A stretch of 35,294 nucleotides of DNA from Ginsengibacter sp. (GCA_039918735.1 JBDSGZ010000026.1:1-35294), one strand, 5' to 3'; counted from the stretch's first letter, positions 19,382-29,561 are shown. Program-made: numbers and translations. The notes: generated from the sequence alone by a model not told the origin.

Positions 19382-19562
19382 GTTGAATAAGTTGGTTCGG
19401 TGCGTTTTTGGCGATAAGCGTGTTGAAATTAAATATTTTCTTTTAGGTATCACTTAATTAAACCGGGGCTGAACCTATCATTGGTAAAAATGAGAAGATG
19501 AAATACCTGGAGTGCAAAATAAAACAATTCACGCAAATGTTTGCCACGACTGCATTCCAGCC

Positions 19563-20579
19563 TTAACTCACATAACCCTTTAAGGTTTGTACCCATGATG
19601 GATGAGTATTTAGACAAGGTATCATCGTAAATGATTCTCCACCGGCGTTCATGAAAATTTCTCGCCCACGCATTTCAATTTCTTCAAGAGTTTCCAGGCA
19701 ATCGCTTACAAAAGCGGGGCACGCAATCAATAGCTTTTTAATGTTTTCTGCAGGCATCTCTTGTAATCTAAAATCGGTGAAAGGTGTGAGCCAACCCTTT
19801 CCAAGACGAGACTGAAACGAGATGCTGAATTTGTTTGATGGTAAGTTTAATTTTTCAGTAACCAGTTGCGTAGTAGTAATTACCTGGTGACGATAACAAA
19901 ATTCGTGTGCAGGAGAAGGGACGTTACAGCAATTCTCTACAGTCAGGCAATGGCAGCCTGTAATGTCGCTTTTATGGATGTGACGGGCGGGTATTCCGTG
20001 ATAACTAAAAAGGAGGTGATCAAAATCTTGTTCCAAATGTGGTTTAAACACTTCCGCAAGAGAATTTATATAAGAAGGCTCATTATAAAAAGGCGGAACA
20101 AATTTTAATCGGAAAGGATACTTGTACTTCTTATGAATTTCACGGGCGTATTCCGCCGCGGTTTCATAGCTTGACATTGCATAATGCGGATACAAGGGCA
20201 CGGCAATCACCTCTTCCAGCGCAGGTTGTCTCTTTAGCAGTTTTTCGAATCCCTCCCTTGGACTGGGACTTCCATAACGCATGGCAATTTCAACGGGTTC
20301 TTCGATTACTTCCTGTAATGCTTGCTGCAATAATTCAGTCAATACAATCAAGGGAGAGCCATTCTCGGTCCATATTGCTTTATAGGCCTCCGCTGACTTG
20401 GGAGCCCTGAAAGGCACGATGATTCCCTTTACAAGCAGCGCCCTGAACAGCCAGGGTTTGTCAATCACTCGGCCATCCATTAAAAATTCGTCGAGGTATT
20501 TTCTAACGTCAGCCGTTGATGTGGATTCCGGAGAGCCCAAATTGATTAGTAACACGCCTCTCTTCACTTCATTAGACAT
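19563..20579 (-). CDS. hemH: Ferrochelatase
   Basis: LLINLGSP, AMRYGSP, PLYPHYA, LLFSYHGIP, FQSRLG..WLTP and FVSDCLETLEEI. Start moved to MSNEVK; TACATTTG box at 20596-20603 on the minus strand. Confidence 0.96.
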   Translation of the reverse strand: MSNEVKRGVLLINLGSPESTSTADVRKYLDEFLMDGRVIDKPWLFRALLVKGIIVPFRAPKSAEAYKAIWTENGSPLIVLTELLQQALQEVIEEPVEIAMRYGSPSPREGFEKLLKRQPALEEVIAVPLYPHYAMSSYETAAEYAREIHKKYKYPFRLKFVPPFYNEPSYINSLAEVFKPHLEQDFDHLLFSYHGIPARHIHKSDITGCHCLTVENCCNVPSPAHEFCYRHQVITTTQLVTEKLNLPSNKFSISFQSRLGKGWLTPFTDFRLQEMPAENIKKLLIACPAFVSDCLETLEEIEMRGREIFMNAGGESFTMIPCLNTHPSWVQTLKGYVS

Positions 20580-20709
20580 CAATACAAATTTTTGGCAAAT
20601 GTAAGGCCGTTGAGAAATTTTAGCATGAAATCTAAGGTAAGTTTCTTGAATAAGTTTTCCATCCTTACTGAATCTACAGAAGCGTAATATCGCGACATTT
20701 CTTTGTTTT

Positions 20710-20754
20710 ATGACACATTCATGACACTTAAGATATCTCATCAAAATAATTTTG
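20710..20754 (+). promoter_or_regulatory. hemA promoter (TAATTTTG at 20747-20754) with an upstream ATGACAC direct repeat
   Basis: ATGACAC at 20710-20716 and 20721-20727 (11-bp period); AGATATCT palindrome at 20731-20738. Confidence 0.45.
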
Positions 20755-20763
20755 TGTTTCTCC

Positions 20764-21984
20764 ATGATAGTATTAGATACTGAACATTATTTTCTTGATA
20801 ACTTTTGTGTCGCAGGCATCAATTACCGTAAGAGTGACATAAGTGTGAGGGGCAGATTTTCACTCTTGCCCGAGCAATCCACGTTATTATTGCAGCAGGA
20901 TATCGCAAAAAGATTTCCATCTTGTATGGTGCTATCTACCTGCAACAGAACGGAGATTTATGGTATCTGCGATCATCCAAATGAGCTTATCGAACTGCTA
21001 TGCATTTATACCCATGGAAATATGTCCGAATTTATTAAGCATGGATATAATTTCCAGGGCGAGTCTGCGATTGAGCACTTGTTCGAAGTTGCCGCCGGGC
21101 TTGATTCGCAGATCGTCGGCGACTATGAGATTTTAGCGCAGATAAAACAAGCGGCAAAAGTTTCAAAACTCAACGGATGCATGAATACTTTCATGGAAAA
21201 AGTGATTAATTACGCGCTGCAGTCGTCCAAAAAAATAAAGACAAATACGAGGCTGAGTTCCGGAACCGTTTCTGTTTCTTATGCTGCCATTGAAATTATC
21301 AGGGAGAAAATTGCTGAAATCAAGGGAAAGAAAATTCTACTGATCGGAACTGGAAAGTTTGGACAACACGTTGGCAAAAATTTGCAAAACTATTTTCCGG
21401 AAGCAAATCTTTTTTTTACAAACCGCACTGATCAAAAAGCAAAAGACCTTGCCGAAAGCTGTGACGCTACATTTGTACCTTACGACGATTTAAGCAAACA
21501 GATTAACGAAGCTGATATAATTATTGTTAGTTCCACTGCTGACTCCTATACCGTTCTTCCATCATTTTTTATAGAACAAAAGCATCGCCTGTTGCTCGAT
21601 CTGTCTGTTCCACAAAATGTAGATCCGTCCGTAAAAATGTTACCCGGAGTTGAATTATTAAATGTGGATGAAATTTCATTGATACTTGATAAGACAATCG
21701 CTCTGCGCCAGGCAGAAATACCAAAAGCAATGGAAATAATTGCGGAAACATTGCATGAAATGATGGATTGGTACCGGCGTCGTTCAAACAGCCCATTGCT
21801 GCGCAAAATAAAAGTGCAGTTGCGGGAACTAAGCCAGCAAGATCCGCTGGACAAATATGCTGACGAAAAAATACACAAGGCCGTTTCTTCCCTCGCTGTA
21901 CAATTGCACAATGAAAAAAACAAGGGTTGTCAGTACATTAGTGCATTAAGCAGCTACCTTCAAAAAATTGAAACATCCAATTAA
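20764..21984 (+). CDS. hemA: Glutamyl-tRNA reductase
   Basis: LSTCNRTEIY, HLFEVAAGLDSQIVGDYEILAQIK, NADPH-binding IGTGKFG and DLSVPQNVD. Confidence 0.96.
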   Translation: MIVLDTEHYFLDNFCVAGINYRKSDISVRGRFSLLPEQSTLLLQQDIAKRFPSCMVLSTCNRTEIYGICDHPNELIELLCIYTHGNMSEFIKHGYNFQGESAIEHLFEVAAGLDSQIVGDYEILAQIKQAAKVSKLNGCMNTFMEKVINYALQSSKKIKTNTRLSSGTVSVSYAAIEIIREKIAEIKGKKILLIGTGKFGQHVGKNLQNYFPEANLFFTNRTDQKAKDLAESCDATFVPYDDLSKQINEADIIIVSSTADSYTVLPSFFIEQKHRLLLDLSVPQNVDPSVKMLPGVELLNVDEISLILDKTIALRQAEIPKAMEIIAETLHEMMDWYRRRSNSPLLRKIKVQLRELSQQDPLDKYADEKIHKAVSSLAVQLHNEKNKGCQYISALSSYLQKIETSN

Positions 21985-22894
21985 GATAGGAACCCGCGAG
22001 AGCCAATTGGCTGAGTGGCAAGCCAGGCTTGTGCAGAACCTGCTAAAGGAAAATAAAGTTGATTCAGAACTCGTGTTCATTAAAAGCGAGGGCGACATTG
22101 ATACCGTTACTCCATTGTACGAGTTGGGAGTACAGGGCATTTTCACGAAGTCTCTTGATATGGCGCTTCTCGCCGGACGAATAGATATAGCGGTTCATTC
22201 CATGAAAGATGTTCCAACGAAACTTGCAGTTGGGCTCATGCAAGCCGCCGTTCTCAAGAGAGCATCTTATAAAGACATTATCGTTTACAAAGACGATCCT
22301 TCTTTCCTGAAAGACAAACAAAGTGTAGCCACAATTGGAACCAGCAGCACCAGGAGGCGGGCCCAATGGCTGCATCGATATCCAAATCATTCAATTGAAA
22401 ATCTGAGAGGCAACATAAATACGAGGTTAAGAAAAATAGGTGAAAACAACTGGAAGGGAGCCATCTTTGCGGCTGCAGGACTTGAAAGGATAAACTTGCG
22501 TCCTTCGAATTCAATGGATCTCGATTGGATGTTGCCCTCCCCTGCGCAAGGTGCGATTGTTATTGTTTGCAGAACCGGGGATAAGCGTTGTATAGAGGCG
22601 TGCAGTCCGTTGAATGATGACGTTACTGCTCTATGCACGAAAATTGAAAAAGATTTTTTGAGAACTCTTTCCGGAGGATGCTCCACACCAATAAGCGGAT
22701 TGGCAATTACGGAAAACGATCAAATAATTTTCAAAGGAAATATTTGTAGTGTTGATGGGAAGATGATAATTCCGGTAATGAAAAAAAGTCTTCGCAGCGA
22801 AGCAAGCAATTTAGGAATAGAAGCAGGAAATGAACTTCTGCAAAAAATAGAAGTGCGGGAAATAATTGAAGAGATAAAGGATGCGAAGGGATAA
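21968..22894 (+). CDS. hemC: Hydroxymethylbilane synthase (porphobilinogen deaminase)
   Basis: IGTRESQLAEWQ, AVHSMKDVP, GTSSTRRRAQ, LRGNINTRL and GGCSTPI; TTG start overlapping hemA. Confidence 0.97.
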   Translation: MKHPIKIGTRESQLAEWQARLVQNLLKENKVDSELVFIKSEGDIDTVTPLYELGVQGIFTKSLDMALLAGRIDIAVHSMKDVPTKLAVGLMQAAVLKRASYKDIIVYKDDPSFLKDKQSVATIGTSSTRRRAQWLHRYPNHSIENLRGNINTRLRKIGENNWKGAIFAAAGLERINLRPSNSMDLDWMLPSPAQGAIVIVCRTGDKRCIEACSPLNDDVTALCTKIEKDFLRTLSGGCSTPISGLAITENDQIIFKGNICSVDGKMIIPVMKKSLRSEASNLGIEAGNELLQKIEVREIIEEIKDAKG

Positions 22895-23594
22895 AAAAAA
22901 AATATTGAGCACGAGACCTGTTGGCGAAGAATTAATTGCAGAGGCTGCCAGGCACAATATTGTAATTGATGAAATCTCCTTTATAGAAACGGAGGCAACC
23001 ATCGATGAGGCCACGGAGAATAGGATCGTTGAGCTTTCGATGGAAAAAATTTATGCAATATTTACCAGCATGAATGCAGTGGAAGCGGTAAGAAATTTTA
23101 TTTCATCGGAAACAAACTGGAAAATATTTTGCATCGGGCCGGCTACAAAAAAGTTAGTCGCGGAAATTTTTGGAGAAGAGAATATCGCGGCCACAGGAAA
23201 TACCGGCGCTGATCTGGCCGATGAAATTTTGAAACAGCCTGCTGTAAAATCAGTTTACTTTTTTTGTGGTAATAGAAGAAGAGATGAACTTCCGGAAAAA
23301 TTAAAAAGCAATGGAGTCAAGGTTGATGAACTGGTTATTTATAAAACGCTGGAAACGCCACAAGGTATCGCGGAGCATTATGATGGAGTATTATTTTTCA
23401 GTCCGAGTGCTGTGGAAAGTTACTTCTCCATTAATGCTATCACTGAAGGAATGCAGCCGTTTGCAATTGGTGAGACTACTGCGAATGCCGTAAAACATTT
23501 TTCAAATAAACCTGTTATAGTTGCTGAAATTCCTAATAAAAAAAGTTTAGTGGCCCAGGCGATTGCTCATTTCAGTTCAGGTCAAAACATTTAA
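22881..23594 (+). CDS. hemD: Uroporphyrinogen-III synthase
   Basis: ILSTRP, IFTSMNAV, FFSPSAVESY and AIGETTA; located between hemC and hemE. Confidence 0.92.
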   Translation: MRRDKKKILSTRPVGEELIAEAARHNIVIDEISFIETEATIDEATENRIVELSMEKIYAIFTSMNAVEAVRNFISSETNWKIFCIGPATKKLVAEIFGEENIAATGNTGADLADEILKQPAVKSVYFFCGNRRRDELPEKLKSNGVKVDELVIYKTLETPQGIAEHYDGVLFFSPSAVESYFSINAITEGMQPFAIGETTANAVKHFSNKPVIVAEIPNKKSLVAQAIAHFSSGQNI

Positions 23595-24629
23595 ATGCAG
23601 ACACTACAAAACGATTTATTATTAAGGGCATTGAGGAGAGAAAGTGTAGAACGACCGCCAGTTTGGATGATGCGGCAGGCAGGAAGATATTTGCCTGACT
23701 ATATGAAGCTCAGAGCCAAGTATGATTTTTTTACCCGCGTTCAGACTCCGGAACTCGCAACAGAAATTACGTTGCAACCCATTGACCAGGTAGGGGTAGA
23801 TGCTGCAATTATTTTTTCTGACATTCTCGTAATTCCGCAGGCGATGGGTGTTGAGGTTTTGATGGAAGAAGGCAAAGGACCTTCGCTTCCCCAAGTGATT
23901 AAAACTCAAAAAGATATTGATGACCTGGTTACTGACGACGCGGAAGAAAGATTGGACTATGTAATGAAAGCTTTGTCCTTGACAAAAAAGGAATTGGATG
24001 GTCGTGTTCCTTTGATTGGTTTTGCCGGTGCGCCATGGACGATTCTTTGTTACATGATCGAAGGAAAGGGAAGCAAGACATGGGATAAAGCAAAGCAATT
24101 TTGTTTTACTCAACCTACACTTGCACACCAGTTGCTTCAAAAAATCACAGACACTACAATCGTTTATTTGAAAGCACAGGCCAGAGCGGGAGCGGATGTA
24201 TTGCAGGTTTTCGATAGCTGGAGCGGAGTTCTCAGTCCTGCCGACTTTAAGCTTTATGCACAACCTTATTTGGTTCAGATTGCGGATGCAGTGAAAGATG
24301 ATGCGCCTGTAATTTTGTTTCCAAAAGGAAGTTGGTATGCATTGAAAGATCTTAGCGAAAGCAGTGCTTCGGGCCTCGGTATTGATTGGTGCATCACGCC
24401 ACAGTTTGCGAGAGAGTTAACCGGGAATCACATCACTCTCCAGGGAAATTTTGATCCTGCGAAATTACTTGGCCCGATACCTTCCATAAAGGAAGAGGTA
24501 AAGAAAATGATCGATGAGTTTGGTGTTACTGGCTACATCGCTAACCTCGGTCATGGTATTACACCAAACGTTCCGGTTGAGAATGCCAAAGCCTTCGTGG
24601 ATGCGGTAAAGGAATACTCAGGGAAATAA
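23595..24629 (+). CDS. hemE: Uroporphyrinogen decarboxylase
   Basis: [39 protein letters not shown] and NLGHGI. Confidence 0.98.
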   Translation: MQTLQNDLLLRALRRESVERPPVWMMRQAGRYLPDYMKLRAKYDFFTRVQTPELATEITLQPIDQVGVDAAIIFSDILVIPQAMGVEVLMEEGKGPSLPQVIKTQKDIDDLVTDDAEERLDYVMKALSLTKKELDGRVPLIGFAGAPWTILCYMIEGKGSKTWDKAKQFCFTQPTLAHQLLQKITDTTIVYLKAQARAGADVLQVFDSWSGVLSPADFKLYAQPYLVQIADAVKDDAPVILFPKGSWYALKDLSESSASGLGIDWCITPQFARELTGNHITLQGNFDPAKLLGPIPSIKEEVKKMIDEFGVTGYIANLGHGITPNVPVENAKAFVDAVKEYSGK

Positions 24630-24669
24630 GTGACCCACGTTCAATCACAGCAAGAAAAACTATTCAAAC

Positions 24670-25812
24670 TTATTCAGACTGCGATCTGAATAATGCGGAT
24701 GCGATTCCATCGGCAAATAATTTTCCCTCTTGTGTTAGCATGAGATGTTCATTTTCCAGCAACATCATTTTTTTATTTTTATAGACGGCCGAATCACTTT
24801 CAATGTTCAGCCTGTCGTCTGGTGAAAAGTTTTTTTCAACAAATCGCAAATCCAGTCCGTCGATAGTTCTCAAGGAAGTCATGATGTATTCATTTAATTG
24901 CTGGCCTTTGGTTAGTACTTCTTCTTCGAAAGGAATGGCGTTTTTCTTTATAGATTTTATGTAGCGCGGATTATTGGCAATGTTCCATTTTCTTGCCTTT
25001 CCACTGAATGAATGGGCTGAAGGACCAATTCCTAAATACGGTGTTCCTTTCCAATAGCTGCTGTTATGCTTGCTTCTGAATCCAGGCCTGGCAAAATTGG
25101 AAATCTCATAATGCTCATAGCCTGCTTTTTTCATCCATTCCATTAGCTGCAAAAATTGTTCTGCCTGGTCATCACTGCTTATATCCGCCTTTTTCCCCAG
25201 TTTTATCATTGACTGAAGAGCCGTGCCTGGCTCCACTGTCAAGGCGTAGGCCGCAACATGCGGTACATCCAATGCAATGATTGTTTCAACATTCTTTTTC
25301 CATTCTTCAATTGTAAGCGAAGGCGTACCATAAATAAGATCGACAGAATAATTATTAATTCCTGACTCTTTTATCATTTTAATTGCTAATAGCGCTTGTT
25401 GCGAATTATGAACCCTGTTCATCCATTTCAAGTCACGATCTATGAAAGACTGGAGGCCAACGCTAAGCCTGTTGATTCCTATGTTCTTCCATCCTTCAAG
25501 GCTTATAGCATTTATATCGTCCGGGTTTGCCTCAAGTGTAATTTCAGCAGCCGGATCTACTTCGAAGTTATTTTTTACACCAGATAATAATTCTTCGATG
25601 TTACGTTTATCTAAGAGGCTTGGTGTTCCTCCACCGAAATAAATTGTTTGGATTGTTTGTCCGAGGATGTATGGATCATTTTTAGAAAGTAGAATTTCTT
25701 GTTTTAATGATTGAATCATCTCCTTATTTAATGCCGGAGATGTTGAAAAATGAAAATTGCAATAATGACAAGCTCGTCGGCAAAATGGAATATGGATATA
25801 AATACCAGCCAA
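24670..25812 (-). CDS. hemW: Radical SAM heme chaperone HemW (HemN-like)
   Basis: YIHIPFCRRACHYCNF, YFGGGTPS, EANPDD, HYEISNFA and HNSSYW. The 380-aa length and lack of the HemN N-terminal extension favour HemW. Confidence 0.9.
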   Translation of the reverse strand: MAGIYIHIPFCRRACHYCNFHFSTSPALNKEMIQSLKQEILLSKNDPYILGQTIQTIYFGGGTPSLLDKRNIEELLSGVKNNFEVDPAAEITLEANPDDINAISLEGWKNIGINRLSVGLQSFIDRDLKWMNRVHNSQQALLAIKMIKESGINNYSVDLIYGTPSLTIEEWKKNVETIIALDVPHVAAYALTVEPGTALQSMIKLGKKADISSDDQAEQFLQLMEWMKKAGYEHYEISNFARPGFRSKHNSSYWKGTPYLGIGPSAHSFSGKARKWNIANNPRYIKSIKKNAIPFEEEVLTKGQQLNEYIMTSLRTIDGLDLRFVEKNFSPDDRLNIESDSAVYKNKKMMLLENEHLMLTQEGKLFADGIASALFRSQSE

Positions 25813-25883
25813 AGTTTTAAGATTTTATTGAAGAAAGCCTGCCCGAACAGGTTTCGGAATTTCATTTAGATTTGATGTGTACC

Positions 25884-27701
25884 ATGCGCCGATTTACAGT
25901 AAAATATTTATGCTGCTTCAAAATAATAATCACAGTGTTTTTTATGTCGTTTCCGCACCTGGTTTTCTGCCAGGAGAAATACAAGGTAGACTATGTGATA
26001 AAGGGCAAAGATACTTCCTATAAGCAGGAGAATCCCTCACTCACAACAAACTTCATTGACAAGGAATCAGCTAAACTCTATATTGACTCCCTGCCAATTA
26101 TCCTACTGCGCTCTGGCTTTCCCGCTGCTTCAGTGGATTCTGTATTCTTCGATTCAACAGTTGCAATTGCTGAAATTTACTTTGGAAGAAAATTTTCATG
26201 GGCGCAAATAAACACGGACAGCGTAGAGACGCAAGCCCTTGATGCAGTTGGATGGAACGCCAGGCAATTTGCAAAAAAGTTGGAATTCGGTAAACTGATG
26301 GTGATGAAAGAAAAGATAATTAGCTACTACGAAAACAATGGTTATCCATTTGCCGAAGCAGAATTGGAATCTGTTTCCTTCTCTGATGACCAGGTCAATG
26401 CACAACTCGTGGTAAGAAAGGGCGCCTTATACCATATTGATAGTATCAAAGTTTATGGAGATGCGAAAATCAGGAACATGTTTCTTCAACACTATCTTGA
26501 TATCAAGAATGGGGTTTTGTATGATAACAACAACCTAAACCAGGTAAGCAAACGTCTCAGGGAATTGCCCTACCTGCAGGAGATTCAGCCCTGGAATGTC
26601 ACGATGCTTGGAAGCGGATCTATCCTCAACCTTTATCTTCAGCAAAAACGAAGCAGCGCTATAGATGTTTTGATTGGATATCTGCCCTCGAACGATGCTA
26701 CGAAAAAGGCACAGTTGACGGGAGATGTTCATCTGGATCTGAAAAATGCACTCGGTTCAGGAGAAAATATTTTGTTGAACTGGCAACAACTTCAGCCACA
26801 ATCACCGAGGCTCAATATTGGTTACACTCATCCCTACATTTTTAATTCATCATTTGGAATTGACCTGGCTTTTGATTTATTAAAAAGAGATTCAGCCTAT
26901 TTACAACTCAACACGATTCTTGGTCTCCAATATATCATATCGTCCACCCAATCCGGCAAAATATTTTATCAGAAAGAGAGAAGTTATCTGCTTGCCGGCG
27001 GCGTGGATACAAACAGGATCTTAATCACCAAAAGTTTACCTCAAAATATTGATGTTAGTTCAGGAAATTTTGGAGTCAGCTACAAGTTTGTCAACACGAA
27101 TTACAGGCTGAATCCCCGGAAAGGAAATGAACTTGAATTAACAGCCACGGCGGGAATCAAAAAGATCACAAAAAACAATGACATTCTAAACCTAAAAGAT
27201 CCTCGTGACCCAGCGTTTGATTTTAATACATTATATGATTCCTTAAAAATCAAAACATACCGGGTGCGGCTCCAGGGATCGTTCATTCATTATTTACCTG
27301 TTGGCAAAAGCAGTACGATAAAAACGGAGTTCACTGGTGGTTGGTTAGAGACACCACAACTGTTCCGCAACGAACTGTTCCAGATAGGGGGCTACCGGCT
27401 GTTACGAGGGTTTGATGAAGAAAGTATTTATGCAAATCGCTATGCAGTTTTCACTGCGGAATACCGGTACCTGGTAGGAATAAACTCTTTCCTGTATGGC
27501 TTTTCAGATTTTGGATTGACGCATACTAAATTCAGTAATTTAAGTTTTGCCAATCGTTTCATAAGTGGGGGAATCGGTCTTGCCTTTGAAACAAAGATTG
27601 GTTTATTAAATCTTAGCTATGCGATAGGAAAAAGAGATGATATAAAATTTGACATCCGGAATGCATCGAAAATTCATTTTGGATATATCAACTATTTTTG
27701 A
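25884..27701 (+). CDS. Omp85-superfamily (BamA/TamA-like) outer membrane protein with POTRA domains
   Basis: Signal peptide; POTRA-like YENNGYPFA; GGYRLLRGFDEES loop motif; C-terminal beta-signal KIHFGYINYF. TAGATTTG box at 25867-25874. Confidence 0.85.
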   Translation: MRRFTVKYLCCFKIIITVFFMSFPHLVFCQEKYKVDYVIKGKDTSYKQENPSLTTNFIDKESAKLYIDSLPIILLRSGFPAASVDSVFFDSTVAIAEIYFGRKFSWAQINTDSVETQALDAVGWNARQFAKKLEFGKLMVMKEKIISYYENNGYPFAEAELESVSFSDDQVNAQLVVRKGALYHIDSIKVYGDAKIRNMFLQHYLDIKNGVLYDNNNLNQVSKRLRELPYLQEIQPWNVTMLGSGSILNLYLQQKRSSAIDVLIGYLPSNDATKKAQLTGDVHLDLKNALGSGENILLNWQQLQPQSPRLNIGYTHPYIFNSSFGIDLAFDLLKRDSAYLQLNTILGLQYIISSTQSGKIFYQKERSYLLAGGVDTNRILITKSLPQNIDVSSGNFGVSYKFVNTNYRLNPRKGNELELTATAGIKKITKNNDILNLKDPRDPAFDFNTLYDSLKIKTYRVRLQGSFIHYLPVGKSSTIKTEFTGGWLETPQLFRNELFQIGGYRLLRGFDEESIYANRYAVFTAEYRYLVGINSFLYGFSDFGLTHTKFSNLSFANRFISGGIGLAFETKIGLLNLSYAIGKRDDIKFDIRNASKIHFGYINYF

Positions 27702-27724
27702 TGAATAGAAGAGGAAATAAGTTC

Positions 27725-28675
27725 ATGAAAAAAAAGATCATAAGGTATTTTGTCGCTGTTGTGTTGATTCTCTTTTTCAATTTCACCAAAGCCGGAATTC
27801 CAGGGCAAGCGAGAGATTCGGCACAAACAGACTCCACCGCAACCGCGAAGCAAGTGTTGCAAAGCACTGATACCAGTGCCAGAGTTGTGCGAGTCGATTC
27901 TTCTTTGATGACTTCCCAAACAGGACCAAAAAGTTATTGTTCGGTTATGAATGAAGTTCTCCTGGAGAACAGGTTCATCAACGTCAAGGGAGAGCCGTTA
28001 TATTTTGCAATTCAGCAAAAGCACTTCAATGGGGATGAGTTTCTGTTTTATCTGCTATGTGTGGTCGTTTTGATTCTTGGAGTTTTTAAGACTTTCTATC
28101 AGGGCTATTTCAAAAACGTATTTCGCGTATTCTTCAATACCTCTCTCCGGCAGAGCCAGCTCACCGATCAGCTATTGCAGTCGAAACTTCCGTCTTTCAT
28201 CTTAAATATCTTTTTTGCAATAAGCGCCGGGATTTTTTGTTGGTTGCTGGTGAGGCGATATGACCTGCGCATTTCTATAAGCCGGCCTTGGCTTTTGCCA
28301 TTGTGTATTGGCGGTATTGCTGTTCTTTATTTTATAAAATACATTTCTTTGAAATTCATTGGATGGGTAACTAACATGCGGGAAACGATCGACAGCTATA
28401 TTTTTATTATTTTTCTAATTAATAAGATTACAGGAATCGTGCTGGTTCCGTTTATCATTATCCTCGCTTTTTCAATGCCATTGCTCGTTAGTTATTTCAC
28501 TACAATCTCGCTCTTGTTGGTTTTTTTGTTTTTCTTTTCGAGATATGTAAAGACCTACGGTGTATTGCAAACCAAGCTCCCCATGAATCCTTTTCATTTC
28601 CTGATTTACATCATAGGAGGTGAAATAATTCCACTTCTACTGCTTTATAAAATCACCACAGATTATTTTATTTGA
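27725..28675 (+). CDS. DUF4271-like multi-pass membrane protein
   Basis: Signal-like N-terminus, about six TM helices and C-terminal FHFLIYIIGGEIIPL; located directly upstream of a hemD-like gene, as is usual for this family. Confidence 0.75.
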   Translation: MKKKIIRYFVAVVLILFFNFTKAGIPGQARDSAQTDSTATAKQVLQSTDTSARVVRVDSSLMTSQTGPKSYCSVMNEVLLENRFINVKGEPLYFAIQQKHFNGDEFLFYLLCVVVLILGVFKTFYQGYFKNVFRVFFNTSLRQSQLTDQLLQSKLPSFILNIFFAISAGIFCWLLVRRYDLRISISRPWLLPLCIGGIAVLYFIKYISLKFIGWVTNMRETIDSYIFIIFLINKITGIVLVPFIIILAFSMPLLVSYFTTISLLLVFLFFFSRYVKTYGVLQTKLPMNPFHFLIYIIGGEIIPLLLLYKITTDYFI

Positions 28676-28766
28676 GAGGTTGCTTTTCCGTTTAATTGCC
28701 AAAAACGCGGATGAAGCTATTTTTAGGTAAAAAAATGTAACTTTGCAGTACACGTTTCTGCTAAAG

Positions 28767-29561
28767 ATGGATATAAAAACTGCATTTTCCGAGTCGAGGA
28801 CAATCAAGGAAATTCATAAAATCCTAATCACACAATCAAGGCCAGAAAACGACAAATCTCCCTATTTTGAAATGGAAAGGAAATATAAGCTGAAGCTTGA
28901 TTTTCAAGCATTAATAAGCGTAGTTCCGGTTTCATCCAGGGAATTTAGGAAGCAAAAGATCGATATTACTGCTTACTCTGCAGTTATTTTCACCAGCAGA
29001 AATGCAATTGACAATTTTTTCAGGACTTGTGAAGAGCTGAAGATTACAATATCGCAGCAGACAAAATATTTTTGCATCACGGAATCAGTTGCGCTATATC
29101 TGCAAAAGTTTATTTTATACCGCAAACGGAAAGTGTTTTATGGCAGTGATGGCACCAACAAGAGTTTGTTCGATGTAATTAGCAAGTATAAAGAACAGGA
29201 GAAATTTCTCTATCCGTGTTCTGAATCGTTTGACAGCGAAATCACCAACTGGTTAATTTCAAATGAATGCGAATATGCAATACCTGTACTTTACCAAATT
29301 ATATCAAACGATCTGAAGGAGCTTTTTTCTAAAAATAATTATGATATTATTTGTTTTTTTACGCCCTTGGGTGTAAGAAGTTTTATTGAAAACTTTCCTG
29401 ATTTTCAACAAAACGGAACGACAATAGGAGCCTTTGGCGATAATACCCGAAAAGCGGTGGTTGCTGCTGGCCTCTATCCTGATATAATCGCCCCTCAGCC
29501 CAAGGTGCCGAGTATGATTACGGCTCTCGAGAATTTCCTTGCAGGATTGAAGAAGAAATAA
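28767..29561 (+). CDS. hemD: Second uroporphyrinogen-III synthase-like protein
   Basis: ILITQSRPE..KSPY, VIFTSRNAIDNFF, YFCITESVALYLQKFILYRKRKVF and FFTPLGV. Has its own TAACTTTG box at 28738-28745. Confidence 0.82.
   Translation: MDIKTAFSESRTIKEIHKILITQSRPENDKSPYFEMERKYKLKLDFQALISVVPVSSREFRKQKIDITAYSAVIFTSRNAIDNFFRTCEELKITISQQTKYFCITESVALYLQKFILYRKRKVFYGSDGTNKSLFDVISKYKEQEKFLYPCSESFDSEITNWLISNECEYAIPVLYQIISNDLKELFSKNNYDIICFFTPLGVRSFIENFPDFQQNGTTIGAFGDNTRKAVVAAGLYPDIIAPQPKVPSMITALENFLAGLKKK

Noticed and set aside
19382-19562. 180-bp gap between hemH and hemJ as a riboswitch
   Set aside because: Only a 6-bp AGGTAT/ATACCT pairing was found, with no recognisable aptamer or terminator.
20580-20765. 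Long N-terminal extensions of hemH, mpg, hemJ, AraC and radA in the ORF track
   Set aside because: The extensions run through promoter boxes or divergent genes; downstream ATGs fit the family starts.
23622-24263. Long antisense ORF (213 aa) and other shadow ORFs such as 33215-33670, 11172-11570 and 2836-3222
   Set aside because: They lie wholly or mostly opposite conserved genes and have no recognisable motifs; they are explained as antisense shadows.
24670-25812. Calling this gene hemN (coproporphyrinogen dehydrogenase)
   Set aside because: It is short, lacks the HemN N-terminal extension and has the HNxxYW motif of HemW.
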